From contig JBBDXP010000015.1 of assembly GCA_040902285.1 (NCBI GenBank), positions 4,128-61,399 of the forward strand: a stretch of DNA of 57,272 bases, given 5' to 3'. The stretch comes from Candidatus Spechtbacterales bacterium (GTDB lineage: Bacteria > Patescibacteriota > Minisyncoccia > Spechtbacterales > 2-12-FULL-38-22). This document shows, in pieces, positions 26,963-37,094 of the stretch. Both the position numbers and the translations under genes were made by a program. Position 1 is the stretch's first letter. Every line of letters starts with the position of its first letter. The notes under the pieces are model-generated. The model worked only from the letters and a program-made list of their open reading frames with translations, ran no database searches and was not told where the DNA came from.

Positions 26963-27409
26963 TTAACCTTCTTGTTCTATTATCACTTTTACCTGTGCTT
27001 CGAGCCCGTGATCAAATTCCAGCATTATATCGTACTCGCCCGCGCGTTTTATAGCATCTTCAAGTTTTATAAACTTAGCGGGAACATTGAACCCGGCCTT
27101 TTTCAAGGCCTTGGATATCTTGTCGGCTGTAATAGACGAATACAGTTTGCCTTCATCGGATGCCTTGTCTTTCATTGTAAGCTCGTATCCGTCCAATGAG
27201 GCCGCTGTTTCTTCTACTCCTTTTAGTTCTGACACGGCCTCAGCTTCCTTTTGCTCTAATATCGAATTTAACTTTTCCAACTCATCCTTTGTGGCCGCTT
27301 TTACAAGTTTTTTGGGAATAAGAAAATTGCGCGCATAACCGTCTGATACTTTTTTAACTTCCCATTTTTTCCCCAGATTTTTTATATCTTCCAATAGTAT
27401 TACTTTCAT
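26963..27409 (-). CDS. rplI: 50S ribosomal protein L9
   Basis: MKVILLEDIKNLGK, VSDGYARNFLIPK, GKLYSSI. Confidence 0.97.
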   Translation of the reverse strand: MKVILLEDIKNLGKKWEVKKVSDGYARNFLIPKKLVKAATKDELEKLNSILEQKEAEAVSELKGVEETAASLDGYELTMKDKASDEGKLYSSITADKISKALKKAGFNVPAKFIKLEDAIKRAGEYDIMLEFDHGLEAQVKVIIEQEG

Positions 27410-27538
27410 CCAGTTAGTAATTACTGCTTTGCAGTTTTAATTTTAAGCGTATTTAAATAAATTAACCTTTTATCCATTGTCGCGCTTTTCGCCACGCACC
27501 CGTCAGGGTTATTACTAACGGGATTCATATACTTTATA

Positions 27539-28738
27539 TTATCGCATAGAGCGTATCACTTCAATCGCTTTTTGTTTTTGAGTGTCATTACCGCTTTGAA
27601 AATCTTCTTCGGATAATTCTATACTGATCGTGGGTTCTATTCCTTCGTCGTTTATATACTGCCCCGATGGTGTTATCCATTTAGCTATAGTAAGTTTTAT
27701 ACTGCTCCCTCCCGGCAAGTCCTTAAATTCCTGCACCAGGCCCTTACCAAAAGTTTTTTCTCCCACAAGAGGGGTGTTTTTATGGTCACGTAGTGCGCCT
27801 GCAAGGATTTCAGAAGCGGAAGCCGAACCGCCATTCTGCAATATTACTATCGGAAAATCGCCTAATAATCCCGGCCCCTGACTTCTGTGTATGCGCTTGA
27901 TATCTCTTTGTCTCTCCTCTATTACTATTATTTCATCCTTTTGTAAAAACCATCCGGCTATGCTGGTTGCTGTTTCCAAAAACCCTCCAGGATTATTTCT
28001 TAGATCAACGATTATTCTGTCGGCGGGCGTTGTTAAAATTTCTTGAACGGCTTTTTTAAAATCCTCATCTGTATTATCCGAAAATTGCAATATTTCTATA
28101 TAAGCTATGTTGTCTTCTATAATTTCCCACTTTATAGAAGGCGCCTCTATTGTGTCGCGAATTACGGTTATACCGATTTCTTTGCCGCCTTCTTCCCGAA
28201 TGACGGTTAATTCAACCGAGGTGCCTTTGGGGCCTCGTATCTGCGTTATCGCTTCTTCTAAAGTAATGTCCTTTGTTGTCTCTCCGTTAATTGCGACTAT
28301 AGTGTCTCCGGCTCTGAGACCCGCTCGCAAAGCGGGCGATTCTTTAAGGGGAGACACAATCGTTAACTTATCGTCTTTTAGCGTAATTTCAATTCCCACA
28401 CCTTCATATTTTCCCGTGACACTATCCACAAACTCCGATGTTTCTTCTTTGTCAAAAAATGTGGAATACGGATCTCCAAGTTCTCTTAGCATTCCCCTTA
28501 TTGCCGCGTATATCAGCGCCTCGTCATTTATTTCATCCGCGTTTACATAATCTCTGTGTATAATATCCCAAACGTCCTTTATCAGTGAAAAATCAACCTT
28601 TTCACTTTTAAATATGGAGGGTATGGCAAAATCATAAATATCCGAAGATTTTTTATGTGAAGAACCGGCAAAAAACCCCGCGCCAAAGACGAAAGTTGCC
28701 AGTATAATAAAGGTCAGTATTTTTTTAAATATATTCAT
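27539..28738 (-). CDS. ctpA: C-terminal processing protease CtpA (S41) with PDZ domain
   Basis: DPYS, GVGI, DLRNNPGG, SASASEILAGALRD, GEKTFGKG. Confidence 0.95.
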   Translation of the reverse strand: MNIFKKILTFIILATFVFGAGFFAGSSHKKSSDIYDFAIPSIFKSEKVDFSLIKDVWDIIHRDYVNADEINDEALIYAAIRGMLRELGDPYSTFFDKEETSEFVDSVTGKYEGVGIEITLKDDKLTIVSPLKESPALRAGLRAGDTIVAINGETTKDITLEEAITQIRGPKGTSVELTVIREEGGKEIGITVIRDTIEAPSIKWEIIEDNIAYIEILQFSDNTDEDFKKAVQEILTTPADRIIVDLRNNPGGFLETATSIAGWFLQKDEIIVIEERQRDIKRIHRSQGPGLLGDFPIVILQNGGSASASEILAGALRDHKNTPLVGEKTFGKGLVQEFKDLPGGSSIKLTIAKWITPSGQYINDEGIEPTISIELSEEDFQSGNDTQKQKAIEVIRSMR

Positions 28739-28746
28739 GTAAAATT

Positions 28747-29889
28747 TTAATCCTCAAATATATTTTGGAAGAATGTCCTTATTTCGGAAAAATCTCTGGC
28801 TCTGGGCAAAAGGACATAAGCGCCATTTATATTTGCCGGTTCAATAAGGCCGTTTTCTGCCGGCTCCAATAAAACGGATTGCACCGGAACCTGGGCGTAG
28901 TCCTGCGCCAATGTTATAACTTCTCTCAAATCCCCTAGACCCATATCTGTTCTCACGTTTCTGCCTAAAGAATCTAAAATATCAAAGATTTTTATCGGGT
29001 TTGCCAAAACACCCAGAGACAGCGCCTTGCTCTTTAGAGAAGATACAATCTGCTGTTGGCGGCGCATTCTGTCAAAATCAGACGATGAATAGCGAGAACG
29101 GGCGTAATACAAAGCATCCTCGCTGTTTAAAACAGAATATCCTTTAGGAACATTGAAGACCCAATACTTGTCAGGCAACACATCTTGTTCAGAAGAAAAA
29201 TTAGTATTCTCGCCATCCTCTTCATCAGCAGTGTCTCCTTCGGTTTGACTTCCCGGAACTTCCCCCTCGGCAAGATACCAATATTTACTGTTGGGTTTTC
29301 CTTCGCCCTGCCATTGCTGGGCCTCGTAAAACGGCGTATCGCGGTATATTTCCACTCCTCCCATTATATCCACTATTTCTTTAAAACCGTCAAAATTAAC
29401 AACAATAGCATGGTCAACATAAACTCCGGTCGCATAGCGCACAACCTCTTTGGACAATGCCAGTCCCCCGCCCCCCCGCCTTCTCTCCTCTCCAAGAGCA
29501 TAGGCAAAGTTTATTTTTTCCGGAACATTATGGTCCGGCATTTCTATGTATAAGTCCCTCGGCAGAGATATCATTGCCGTTTTTTGTTTTGCCTTATCAA
29601 AACTTATAAGCACCATAGTATCCGCCAAGAGTCCTCCATTTGCGTCCCCGGCACCTCTTATTCCTAAAACAAGAATATCCAGACGATCTTTTTCTTTTTT
29701 TAGCTCAAAATCATCGTATGTTCCGACGTCTTCTGAATTACCCGCTATAGTAAAAACATTCGATGTTTTGTAGAACATTAAACCCAAAACAGAGGTCACA
29801 AATAAGACAAAAATACTGAGAATCAGTATTTTTTTTCTTGATTTTTTGCGGGGCTTTTCTAATTGATAATCCGTTGTAGTATTCATCAT
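28747..29889 (-). CDS. LCP family glycopolymer transferase
   Basis: ADTMVL, ISLPRD, KIN.AY, VNFDGF.EIVD.MGGV, AL.YARSR, SDFDRMRRQQ. Confidence 0.93.
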   Translation of the reverse strand: MMNTTTDYQLEKPRKKSRKKILILSIFVLFVTSVLGLMFYKTSNVFTIAGNSEDVGTYDDFELKKEKDRLDILVLGIRGAGDANGGLLADTMVLISFDKAKQKTAMISLPRDLYIEMPDHNVPEKINFAYALGEERRRGGGGLALSKEVVRYATGVYVDHAIVVNFDGFKEIVDIMGGVEIYRDTPFYEAQQWQGEGKPNSKYWYLAEGEVPGSQTEGDTADEEDGENTNFSSEQDVLPDKYWVFNVPKGYSVLNSEDALYYARSRYSSSDFDRMRRQQQIVSSLKSKALSLGVLANPIKIFDILDSLGRNVRTDMGLGDLREVITLAQDYAQVPVQSVLLEPAENGLIEPANINGAYVLLPRARDFSEIRTFFQNIFED

Positions 29890-30953
29890 TTAAACCATTT
29901 GCGCATATTAGAGGCAGAAACGACTCTCTTTTCCATTATAACGCGTCTTTTGGCAATCATCTTGCCAAACATTTTTATAATATTTAAATAAGCTCCCAAA
30001 GATTCTCTTTCCCACACAAGCATGTACGCGAATAAAAAAAGTTCTCTTTTTAAAAACCAGGGAATATCCAATAGCATGTTAACCCAAAAATCGTTTTTAA
30101 TAAAGGCCAAGCGCTGGTTCTGAAAATCCAATTTTCTTTTAAAACCGGGTACTGTTTTTCTATGTTTTATGAAATTTTTGTAACTTCCCGACAGCTTGTG
30201 CGTTGTTTGCCTGTCATGCCAGGCCAAAGCGCCCGGTTCATACCAGGAACCCCACCCCAAAAGGCGCATGCGCCAGCCAAGATCGACTTCATCCGCGTAC
30301 CAAATGAAATCTTCGTCCAGATATTCATAAGGATACCGTGCCCTGTCCGCTGGATCACTATAATGCGCGTAAAACGGTTTGAACTTTTCCATTTTTGCCT
30401 CTCCAAGCGCTTTTGCGCGAAAAAATGGCACTGCGCCCTCGTAGCAAAATATTTCTTCCGCTTTGTCATATTGACCCCTGTCTTTTTCCCCGTGTCCCCT
30501 ATTTATAATTCTTCGGCTTTTAAAAATCTGCATCCCCGTCGTGTCTATTATTTTTGTTTTTTTATTATTTTCAAAATCCCACCGCAGGATTTTTGCCTGC
30601 AACACACCCATTTTCTTATTCTTTTCCATCGCGCCGCAAGCCCTTTCTATAAAATCGGGTGCCATTATTATGTCGACGGATAATCCTACTACATATACAG
30701 AATCCGTATAATACAAACTCCTGTTGAATCCTCCTCCTAAGATATAATTCTTATCAAATTTTATTATTTCGATATCCGCAAATATATTTTTTGCGATGCT
30801 CAACGTGGCATCGGTAGACGCATTGTCAAATACCCGGAATTTAATATTCGGATAAGTTTGCGCTTTTAACGCTTCCAAGCACTTGCCTATATATTTTTCT
30901 CCATTGTGCACTATTAAGTGTACGGAAACCTCCGGATTAGACATCTTTTTCAT
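29886..30953 (-). CDS. Glycosyltransferase family 2
   Basis: VHNG..YI..CL, FDNASTD, YADEVDLGWR. Confidence 0.88.
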   Translation of the reverse strand: MKKMSNPEVSVHLIVHNGEKYIGKCLEALKAQTYPNIKFRVFDNASTDATLSIAKNIFADIEIIKFDKNYILGGGFNRSLYYTDSVYVVGLSVDIIMAPDFIERACGAMEKNKKMGVLQAKILRWDFENNKKTKIIDTTGMQIFKSRRIINRGHGEKDRGQYDKAEEIFCYEGAVPFFRAKALGEAKMEKFKPFYAHYSDPADRARYPYEYLDEDFIWYADEVDLGWRMRLLGWGSWYEPGALAWHDRQTTHKLSGSYKNFIKHRKTVPGFKRKLDFQNQRLAFIKNDFWVNMLLDIPWFLKRELFLFAYMLVWERESLGAYLNIIKMFGKMIAKRRVIMEKRVVSASNMRKWFK

Positions 30954-32523
30954 TTATTTTATTTTCTCCGGCCCTGTAAACGCCCACGCTTATCCCAGAA
31001 ATTGCCATAAAACCCAGCAAAGCCCTTCCATCATATAAAGCGGCGTCTGTCATAAGATAAGTACCCAGCCATATGGCTGAATACACAAACATAGCAAAGT
31101 ATACCGCCCAATCATCTGCCGGATACTTTTTAATGTACCTAACGCTAATTTTCAAAATTTCCCATATCATCCATAAAAATACCACAAGACCAAAAACTCC
31201 TATTGTACTGGCAATGTGCAGATATAAATTATGCGCACTGGCCCCCGCCTCTGAAGCGGATAGGGATTCTCCTAAAACAGTCGGGTAATTGCCTATTCCT
31301 ACTCCTATTACCGGGTTTTGAACAATTGACCCAATGCTCTCCTTCCATATATGTATTCTGCCCTGGTTAGAGGTTTCACCAAAATCAATTATGGATCTGA
31401 AGCGTCCCAAAGAAGCTGCTGATGTAAAATCGGTTTCCTGGAATTGCGGAAAGCTTACAATCACAAAATATATAGGAAACATTGCCAAAAAAATAATAAA
31501 CGAAATCCAAATCATTCTTGAAAACTTTCCGGATATTTTTAATTTTTTAAAAATAATTAATACAAAAATGGCTGACAAAGACGAAAGCCATATCCCCCTT
31601 GTTCCTGATAAAATAAGAGCGAGGTTGGCTAAAACAAAAATACCAAAGCCAATAATGATTATGCGCCTCCCGTATTTAACATTTTTGAATTCGGCGAGTT
31701 TACCCTTAAATATCCTGAAAAAAACAAAAAACATTGCGGGAAAAGTCATTAACACATACATAGGAAAGGAATGAGAATCAGGAAAAGTAGAAAACATGCG
31801 CAAGCGTAAAGTATCGCCGGAATAAGAAAACCAGGTATTTCCAAAATTGGTCACAATATCAGCCCATTGTCTCCCATACATATTCAAACTTATCAATTGT
31901 CCCCACCAATAATGAAAAATGTACGCTTCGGAAAAATACGCCGCCACAAATTGAAGATACCCGAACATAACGGCAAGCAAGCCCGAGTAAACAAAGTTCT
32001 TAACAAATCCGGAGGCCACGTCTTTGTTTTTCATTATCAGTCCCCGCAATATAATAAATAAAAATGCCGCGTTAGCGATAAATATCATTCTTTTCATTCC
32101 GGGTATGGGGTCAAAGGCAACAAAAAGCGAAAAGAACGCGAAAACAAAGAATGCCAAACCAAGCAGTTCTATTCTACGGTGCTTTACATAATAAATTATT
32201 TCCTCTCTCCCCCTCCAAACAGCTAATTCTCCAAACCATTTTGAATCAGTTATAAGCCACTTTGCAAATAAAACAAAAAGCACAAGCCGCCCCATGTCAA
32301 AATTGTCAAATCCTTCCGATATCGGAAGAGCTATAAAAAAAGGTATTGACCTGAGAAATAAATTAACTCCGTTCTGGGTTTTGGCAAAAATTATATAAAT
32401 AAGATACAGAGCCAGAACAAAAAATGCCGCTTGTCTCGGCAGGTATCCAAATATAACAAGTACCGTAACGCTAAATCCTATTATAAATACCGCGTTCAGG
32501 GGTGTAAAAAATTTGCGTATCAT
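30937..32523 (-). CDS. O-antigen ligase/polymerase (Wzy_C)-like membrane protein
   Basis: Multi-TM; SGTRG, R..IW, GVGIGNY, AHNLYL. Confidence 0.88.
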   Translation of the reverse strand: MIRKFFTPLNAVFIIGFSVTVLVIFGYLPRQAAFFVLALYLIYIIFAKTQNGVNLFLRSIPFFIALPISEGFDNFDMGRLVLFVLFAKWLITDSKWFGELAVWRGREEIIYYVKHRRIELLGLAFFVFAFFSLFVAFDPIPGMKRMIFIANAAFLFIILRGLIMKNKDVASGFVKNFVYSGLLAVMFGYLQFVAAYFSEAYIFHYWWGQLISLNMYGRQWADIVTNFGNTWFSYSGDTLRLRMFSTFPDSHSFPMYVLMTFPAMFFVFFRIFKGKLAEFKNVKYGRRIIIIGFGIFVLANLALILSGTRGIWLSSLSAIFVLIIFKKLKISGKFSRMIWISFIIFLAMFPIYFVIVSFPQFQETDFTSAASLGRFRSIIDFGETSNQGRIHIWKESIGSIVQNPVIGVGIGNYPTVLGESLSASEAGASAHNLYLHIASTIGVFGLVVFLWMIWEILKISVRYIKKYPADDWAVYFAMFVYSAIWLGTYLMTDAALYDGRALLGFMAISGISVGVYRAGENKINEKDV

Positions 32524-33674
32524 TTTTTTGCGGTCTCGCTAAATAATTTGATCATCAAATCGGTATGTCTTTCCCATGTATATTTGCCCAATATTTTTTC
32601 TCTTCCATCTTTAATATACCTGTTTTTATTTTCATCGCGAAGCGCTGAACGCAAAACATTTGCTATTGCGAGCGGTGTGTACTCCCCCTCTTTGGCTGGA
32701 ACAAAAAACGCCCTGTCTTCAAAAATTTCCCGCGTTGTGGGTGTATCGGCAACCACGGGTGAAGTTCCGGCGGCCAATGCTTCCAAGGGGGGCAGTCCCA
32801 TTGCTTCAGAGGAAGAAACATAAATAAAAAGCCGCGCTTTTTGGTATAAAGAGGTCAACTCTTCATCGCTTACAAAATTCCTGCGCTCAATTCTCTGTTC
32901 GCCCAGCTGTTTGTTTATTTCTTCAGCCAATTTGTCTATCCTTGGCGGATTATATTTATCCACCCCAACAGCTATAAAATTTAAATCTTGAAATTCCGCG
33001 GCTATTTCGGCAAAAGCGGACATTGTTTCGGCCAAGTGACGTCTAGGAAATGCCTGTCCTATGTACAAAATATAATCCCCTTTTTCGTGAGCCGAGGGGG
33101 CGAATTGCGCAAGATCCGCGCCCAGAGGAACAACCACTATTTTATGTTTGGGGATATTAAAATATTCGCAAATTTCGTTTTTAGAGGCATTTGTCTGCGT
33201 TGTTATCTGCGTTGCGCGCCGAGCGGCCCAGTTGGCAAAAAGCTTATACCCTATGCGGTATTTTAAAGGCAAGGTTCCTTTCGTAAATTCATAATATATA
33301 TCGTTTGTAAGAACCACGACAGATTTAGACATAAAAAATGCCGGGAGCATAAAAGAGGGAAAAAATGCTACATTGATTCTATCTTTCAAAGCATAAATGG
33401 GCAAAGCAATGTGAAAAAATACATTAAAAGACGGCCGGAAAAAAGGAAAAAAGAACGGCAGCTTAGCTATTCTTTTTACAAAAATATCATTATCCAAAAA
33501 AGGTATGTTATTCGGAACAGCCCCTTTGAAATACAAATAAAACCTGTAATGCTCTTTGAGTTCAGGGCGCCGGCTTAATATTTCTATTAGTTTATATGTG
33601 TGCCTGCCTATTCCGGCTCTTTCAGCTCCTGTTTTGTCTTCCAATTTGTGGCAATCAATACCTACTTTTATCAT
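32520..33674 (-). CDS. Glycosyltransferase family 4 (GT-B)
   Basis: EAMGLPPLEALAAG E-x7-E motif. Confidence 0.9.
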   Translation of the reverse strand: MIKVGIDCHKLEDKTGAERAGIGRHTYKLIEILSRRPELKEHYRFYLYFKGAVPNNIPFLDNDIFVKRIAKLPFFFPFFRPSFNVFFHIALPIYALKDRINVAFFPSFMLPAFFMSKSVVVLTNDIYYEFTKGTLPLKYRIGYKLFANWAARRATQITTQTNASKNEICEYFNIPKHKIVVVPLGADLAQFAPSAHEKGDYILYIGQAFPRRHLAETMSAFAEIAAEFQDLNFIAVGVDKYNPPRIDKLAEEINKQLGEQRIERRNFVSDEELTSLYQKARLFIYVSSSEAMGLPPLEALAAGTSPVVADTPTTREIFEDRAFFVPAKEGEYTPLAIANVLRSALRDENKNRYIKDGREKILGKYTWERHTDLMIKLFSETAKK

Positions 33675-34615
33675 ACAGGCATTTTTCCGAATTTATTTTT
33701 ATAATAATCTCTAATACCTGCTATTATGGCGCATGAAACTTCTTTGTCTTGCCGTGCTGTTATTTTTAACAACTGTTTTACGATCTTCAAAAAAGCCCAT
33801 ACATGCATATAAAATTTAACCCAAATGGGGCCGTGCTTTTTGGCCAAGAGCATTATGTTACGATTGTGATAATAATGCATACCGGCGGAACCCAAAGAGG
33901 GCAAAGTTGTTGCGGACACTTTGTGCCATATTTTGGAATATGGTGTCCACACAAGAAGCCACCCCGCTTCTCGCGCCCTTAAAGACAAGTCCGCATCCTC
34001 AAAATACAAAAAAAATCTTTCATCAAATTCGCCGATTTCTCGGAGTGTTTCTTTTTTTATCAGCATACAAGCACCCGTTAAAAAATTAACATTCTCATTA
34101 GAGGTTTCGGACGAAATCCTCTTTTTAAAAAGAGAGCTGGATATCGCCTTATCCATGGCCAGCCAGCTTATTTTAGTTTTTCCCCCAAACCAAATCAATT
34201 CCCTTTCGTCGTAAAAGAATATGGCCGGAGATATTATTCCGGCTTTCTTGTTTTTTTCAGCTTCGCACAAAAGAGGACTTATAAAATCCGGGCTTACCTC
34301 TGTGTCATTGTTTAGTAAAAGCACATAGTCAGCGCCACAGGTAAGCGACTTTCTAATACCAACATTGCATCCGCCCGCAAAACCCGAGTTTTCATTATTT
34401 TTTACTATCTCTAAATTAAGGCCGGGGTTATCTGCTTTAAACTTTTCCAATTCGAACACAGAATTGTCCGAAGAGTTGTTATCCACCACCAAAATATTCA
34501 CTCTTTTATATTTTACTTTACCGAGTGAGCGCAAACACACGATTGTATCTTTAAAACTGTTCCAGTTCAGCAAGATAACAAAAACGCTCGGTTCCGGATT
34601 ATTATTGTTCTTCAT
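33671..34615 (-). CDS. Glycosyltransferase family 2 (rhamnosyltransferase-like)
   Basis: LLNWN, VDNNSSD, N.GFAGGCN, LLLNND, FFLYFEDADL. Confidence 0.92.
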   Translation of the reverse strand: MKNNNNPEPSVFVILLNWNSFKDTIVCLRSLGKVKYKRVNILVVDNNSSDNSVFELEKFKADNPGLNLEIVKNNENSGFAGGCNVGIRKSLTCGADYVLLLNNDTEVSPDFISPLLCEAEKNKKAGIISPAIFFYDERELIWFGGKTKISWLAMDKAISSSLFKKRISSETSNENVNFLTGACMLIKKETLREIGEFDERFFLYFEDADLSLRAREAGWLLVWTPYSKIWHKVSATTLPSLGSAGMHYYHNRNIMLLAKKHGPIWVKFYMHVWAFLKIVKQLLKITARQDKEVSCAIIAGIRDYYKNKFGKMPV

Positions 34616-34701
34616 GTTTTTAAGAATAGCAAAATAACAAAGCTCTAACAACTATAAAACGGCCCTTGTTCAGGCCGTTTTATGTGCAGAAATTTGCTTT
34701 G

Positions 34702-34944
34702 TTATTTTTCCATGTTCTCTCCCATGGACTCATCTCTGGGAGCTCCGCTCTCCGGTGATGTCTTTTCTCCGCCCATGTCCTCTTCTCCTTCTTCGGACAT
34801 GGGGGGCGCGACGGTTTCTCCTCCTTCGTCGGCCATGTCAACTCTGCCTCCGGCGGCGGCTCCCGGTTTCCTCATAAAATACCACCAATACGCGCCGGCC
34901 GCGGCAAGCAATATGACAACAAGTACTAAAAATACTAAATTCAT
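34702..34944 (-). CDS. Small single-TM protein with acidic tail
   Basis: Hydrophobic N-terminus and E/M/G-rich tail; terminator at about 34655-34683. Confidence 0.6.
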   Translation of the reverse strand: MNLVFLVLVVILLAAAGAYWWYFMRKPGAAAGGRVDMADEGGETVAPPMSEEGEEDMGGEKTSPESGAPRDESMGENMEK

Positions 34945-35051
34945 ATTTTTATGCGTGTTAATTTTAATTTATTTTGCACTATAAACACAACTTAATTATA
35001 TCATAAAAAAAATAAACGCAATACCAAAACTTATTGTGGAAAAATGATAAA

Positions 35052-35137
35052 ATAAAGTAAAGTAAAGTAGTTGAGTTAATGAGCGCAGCGAATTTACTAA
35101 CTCCCTTACCCTTCACCTTGACACAAGGTGCAGGGTG
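35052..35137. repeat. Pentamer repeats plus two stacked hairpins upstream of priA
   Basis: (TAAAG)x3; gagtta..gagcgcagcgaa..taactc; CACCTTG-ACA-CAAGGTG. Confidence 0.5.
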
Positions 35138-35177
35138 CTCAATTTTCTAACAAAATTAAAATTTTTACAAAATTGGC

Positions 35178-37094
35178 ATGTACATATACCTAGTAATCCC
35201 CTTAACCAATATTCCCAGATCAAGCTTGCAAAAACCTGTTTATTATAGCAGTGAAAAATTTGAATTGGGACAATTGGTAGAAGTGCCCTTGGCGTCTCGC
35301 TTGGTGCCTGCTGTTATTGTAAAAAGGACCCAGGCGGAACGCCAAAAACTTAGCGTTAAAAAATCTCCATACTCTTTAAAAAGCATCCGACGAGGACTGC
35401 TCACAAAACCCCTGCTCTCCAAGCAGTTTTTAAAATTAGCGGAATACTTAGCGGAGTATTATTTTGTATCAGCCGGATTGATGCTAAAAAGAATGCTTCC
35501 TCCTTTTTTTGCAAAACCAACAAAGCCCCTTTTAAGCCGACTGGAAGATCTGGCCGATTTGGCAAACGGCACTCAAAGAAAAACTCCGCAAAAAGTATTA
35601 TTGATAACACGGGATAGAGAAAAATATTATAAGGATTTTATTAAAAATGGCCCGAGTATTTTTATTGTGCCAAAATATTTGCATTTGGAACTGCTTCCAA
35701 ATTCTTTTAAAAAAGGGGTCTCAATTATTGGTAAGAACACAAGCGCGACTGAGTGGCGCGATATATGGATAAACGCCTATGAAGGAACCGCGAAGACCGT
35801 TGTGGGCACCCGTTCGGCCATTTTTACCCCTGTTAAAAATTTAGAGAATATAATCATAGAAAAAGAAAATGATTCATCGCATGTATCGTGGGATCAACAT
35901 CCCAAATTCAGCGCGCCTCATGTCGCCGAACTCATGTCCGAAATATACGGCGCGCGGCTTATGGAAGGAGATTTGATACCCTCTGTGAGCAAATGGCACA
36001 AAGCTAAAACCGAAAGGTGGAAAATCGTAGAACAAAAAAATAAATCTGCCAATTGCAAAATAGTAAACATGAAAAAAGAGCTGGAAAGCGGAAACACCGG
36101 AATAATAAGCAAAGAGCTTAAGGACAAACTAAAGTCCCTTAAAAAGGAGCAAAAAGCTCTCCTTTTTATAAACAGGCGCGGTTTGTCCTCCGCTCTTTTG
36201 TGCCGGGATTGCGGATACATAGTTAAATGTTCAAATTGCGACTCCGCGGTTGTGTTACACAAAGGCATAAGTTACAAGTTAATATGCCACCATTGCGGAA
36301 TTAAGATTCCTCCTCCGCGCATATGTCCGGATTGCGGCAGCTATAGAATAAAACAGCTCGGAGGGGGAACCCAGCTTGTTGTTCAGGAAGTACAAAAGAT
36401 TCTTCCGGGAGTGAAAATAGCGCGGATGGATAGCGATATAACTAAAAATACCGAAGACCAAAAAAATATCCTGAATAATTTTAAAAGGGGAGATTATCAG
36501 GTGTTAGTGGGCACGCAAATGGCAGTTGCCGAAAATGTGCTTTCCGGCATTGACTTAATCGCCGTTGTTATGGCTGACTCAATACTGGGATTGCCATCTT
36601 ACCAGGCATATGAGAAGGTGTACGAAATTATATGGCGGCTGAAAAACATGACAAAGAAAGAAGTGGTAATTCAAACTTATCTGCCCGAACTGGAACTGTT
36701 CAAATTTATAAACAATCCACGCATGGAAGAATTTTTCAAAAGGGAACTAGAAAAAAGAAAAGATTTAAAATGGCCGCCTTTTTCCCATATCATAAAGTTA
36801 ATCCATTTGAACAAAGATGTAATTATGGCCGAAAGAGAAGCCGTAACAATGAAGCGCAGGTTAGACACACAGCTGAAGGCCGAGGAATTTAAAAATATTA
36901 AAGACGCGGCGGAAATATTGGGCCCTGCTCCCGGGTATATCCCAAAAATCGCGGAAAAATATGCCTGGTACATATTAGTTAAATGGCCCGTCGGAAAAAG
37001 CGGCAAACCAAAAGAGTTAAAACTTAGAAACAAGCTACTGTCTATAGCAGGACGGCTTTGGCAAATTGAAGTTGACCCAGCCGATGTTGTATAA
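35178..37094 (+). CDS. priA: Primosomal protein N' (PriA), helicase motifs degenerate
   Basis: VGTRSAIF, FINRRG, four CxxC pairs, GTQ, ARMDSD; adjacent to def-fmt. Confidence 0.9.
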   Translation: MYIYLVIPLTNIPRSSLQKPVYYSSEKFELGQLVEVPLASRLVPAVIVKRTQAERQKLSVKKSPYSLKSIRRGLLTKPLLSKQFLKLAEYLAEYYFVSAGLMLKRMLPPFFAKPTKPLLSRLEDLADLANGTQRKTPQKVLLITRDREKYYKDFIKNGPSIFIVPKYLHLELLPNSFKKGVSIIGKNTSATEWRDIWINAYEGTAKTVVGTRSAIFTPVKNLENIIIEKENDSSHVSWDQHPKFSAPHVAELMSEIYGARLMEGDLIPSVSKWHKAKTERWKIVEQKNKSANCKIVNMKKELESGNTGIISKELKDKLKSLKKEQKALLFINRRGLSSALLCRDCGYIVKCSNCDSAVVLHKGISYKLICHHCGIKIPPPRICPDCGSYRIKQLGGGTQLVVQEVQKILPGVKIARMDSDITKNTEDQKNILNNFKRGDYQVLVGTQMAVAENVLSGIDLIAVVMADSILGLPSYQAYEKVYEIIWRLKNMTKKEVVIQTYLPELELFKFINNPRMEEFFKRELEKRKDLKWPPFSHIIKLIHLNKDVIMAEREAVTMKRRLDTQLKAEEFKNIKDAAEILGPAPGYIPKIAEKYAWYILVKWPVGKSGKPKELKLRNKLLSIAGRLWQIEVDPADVV

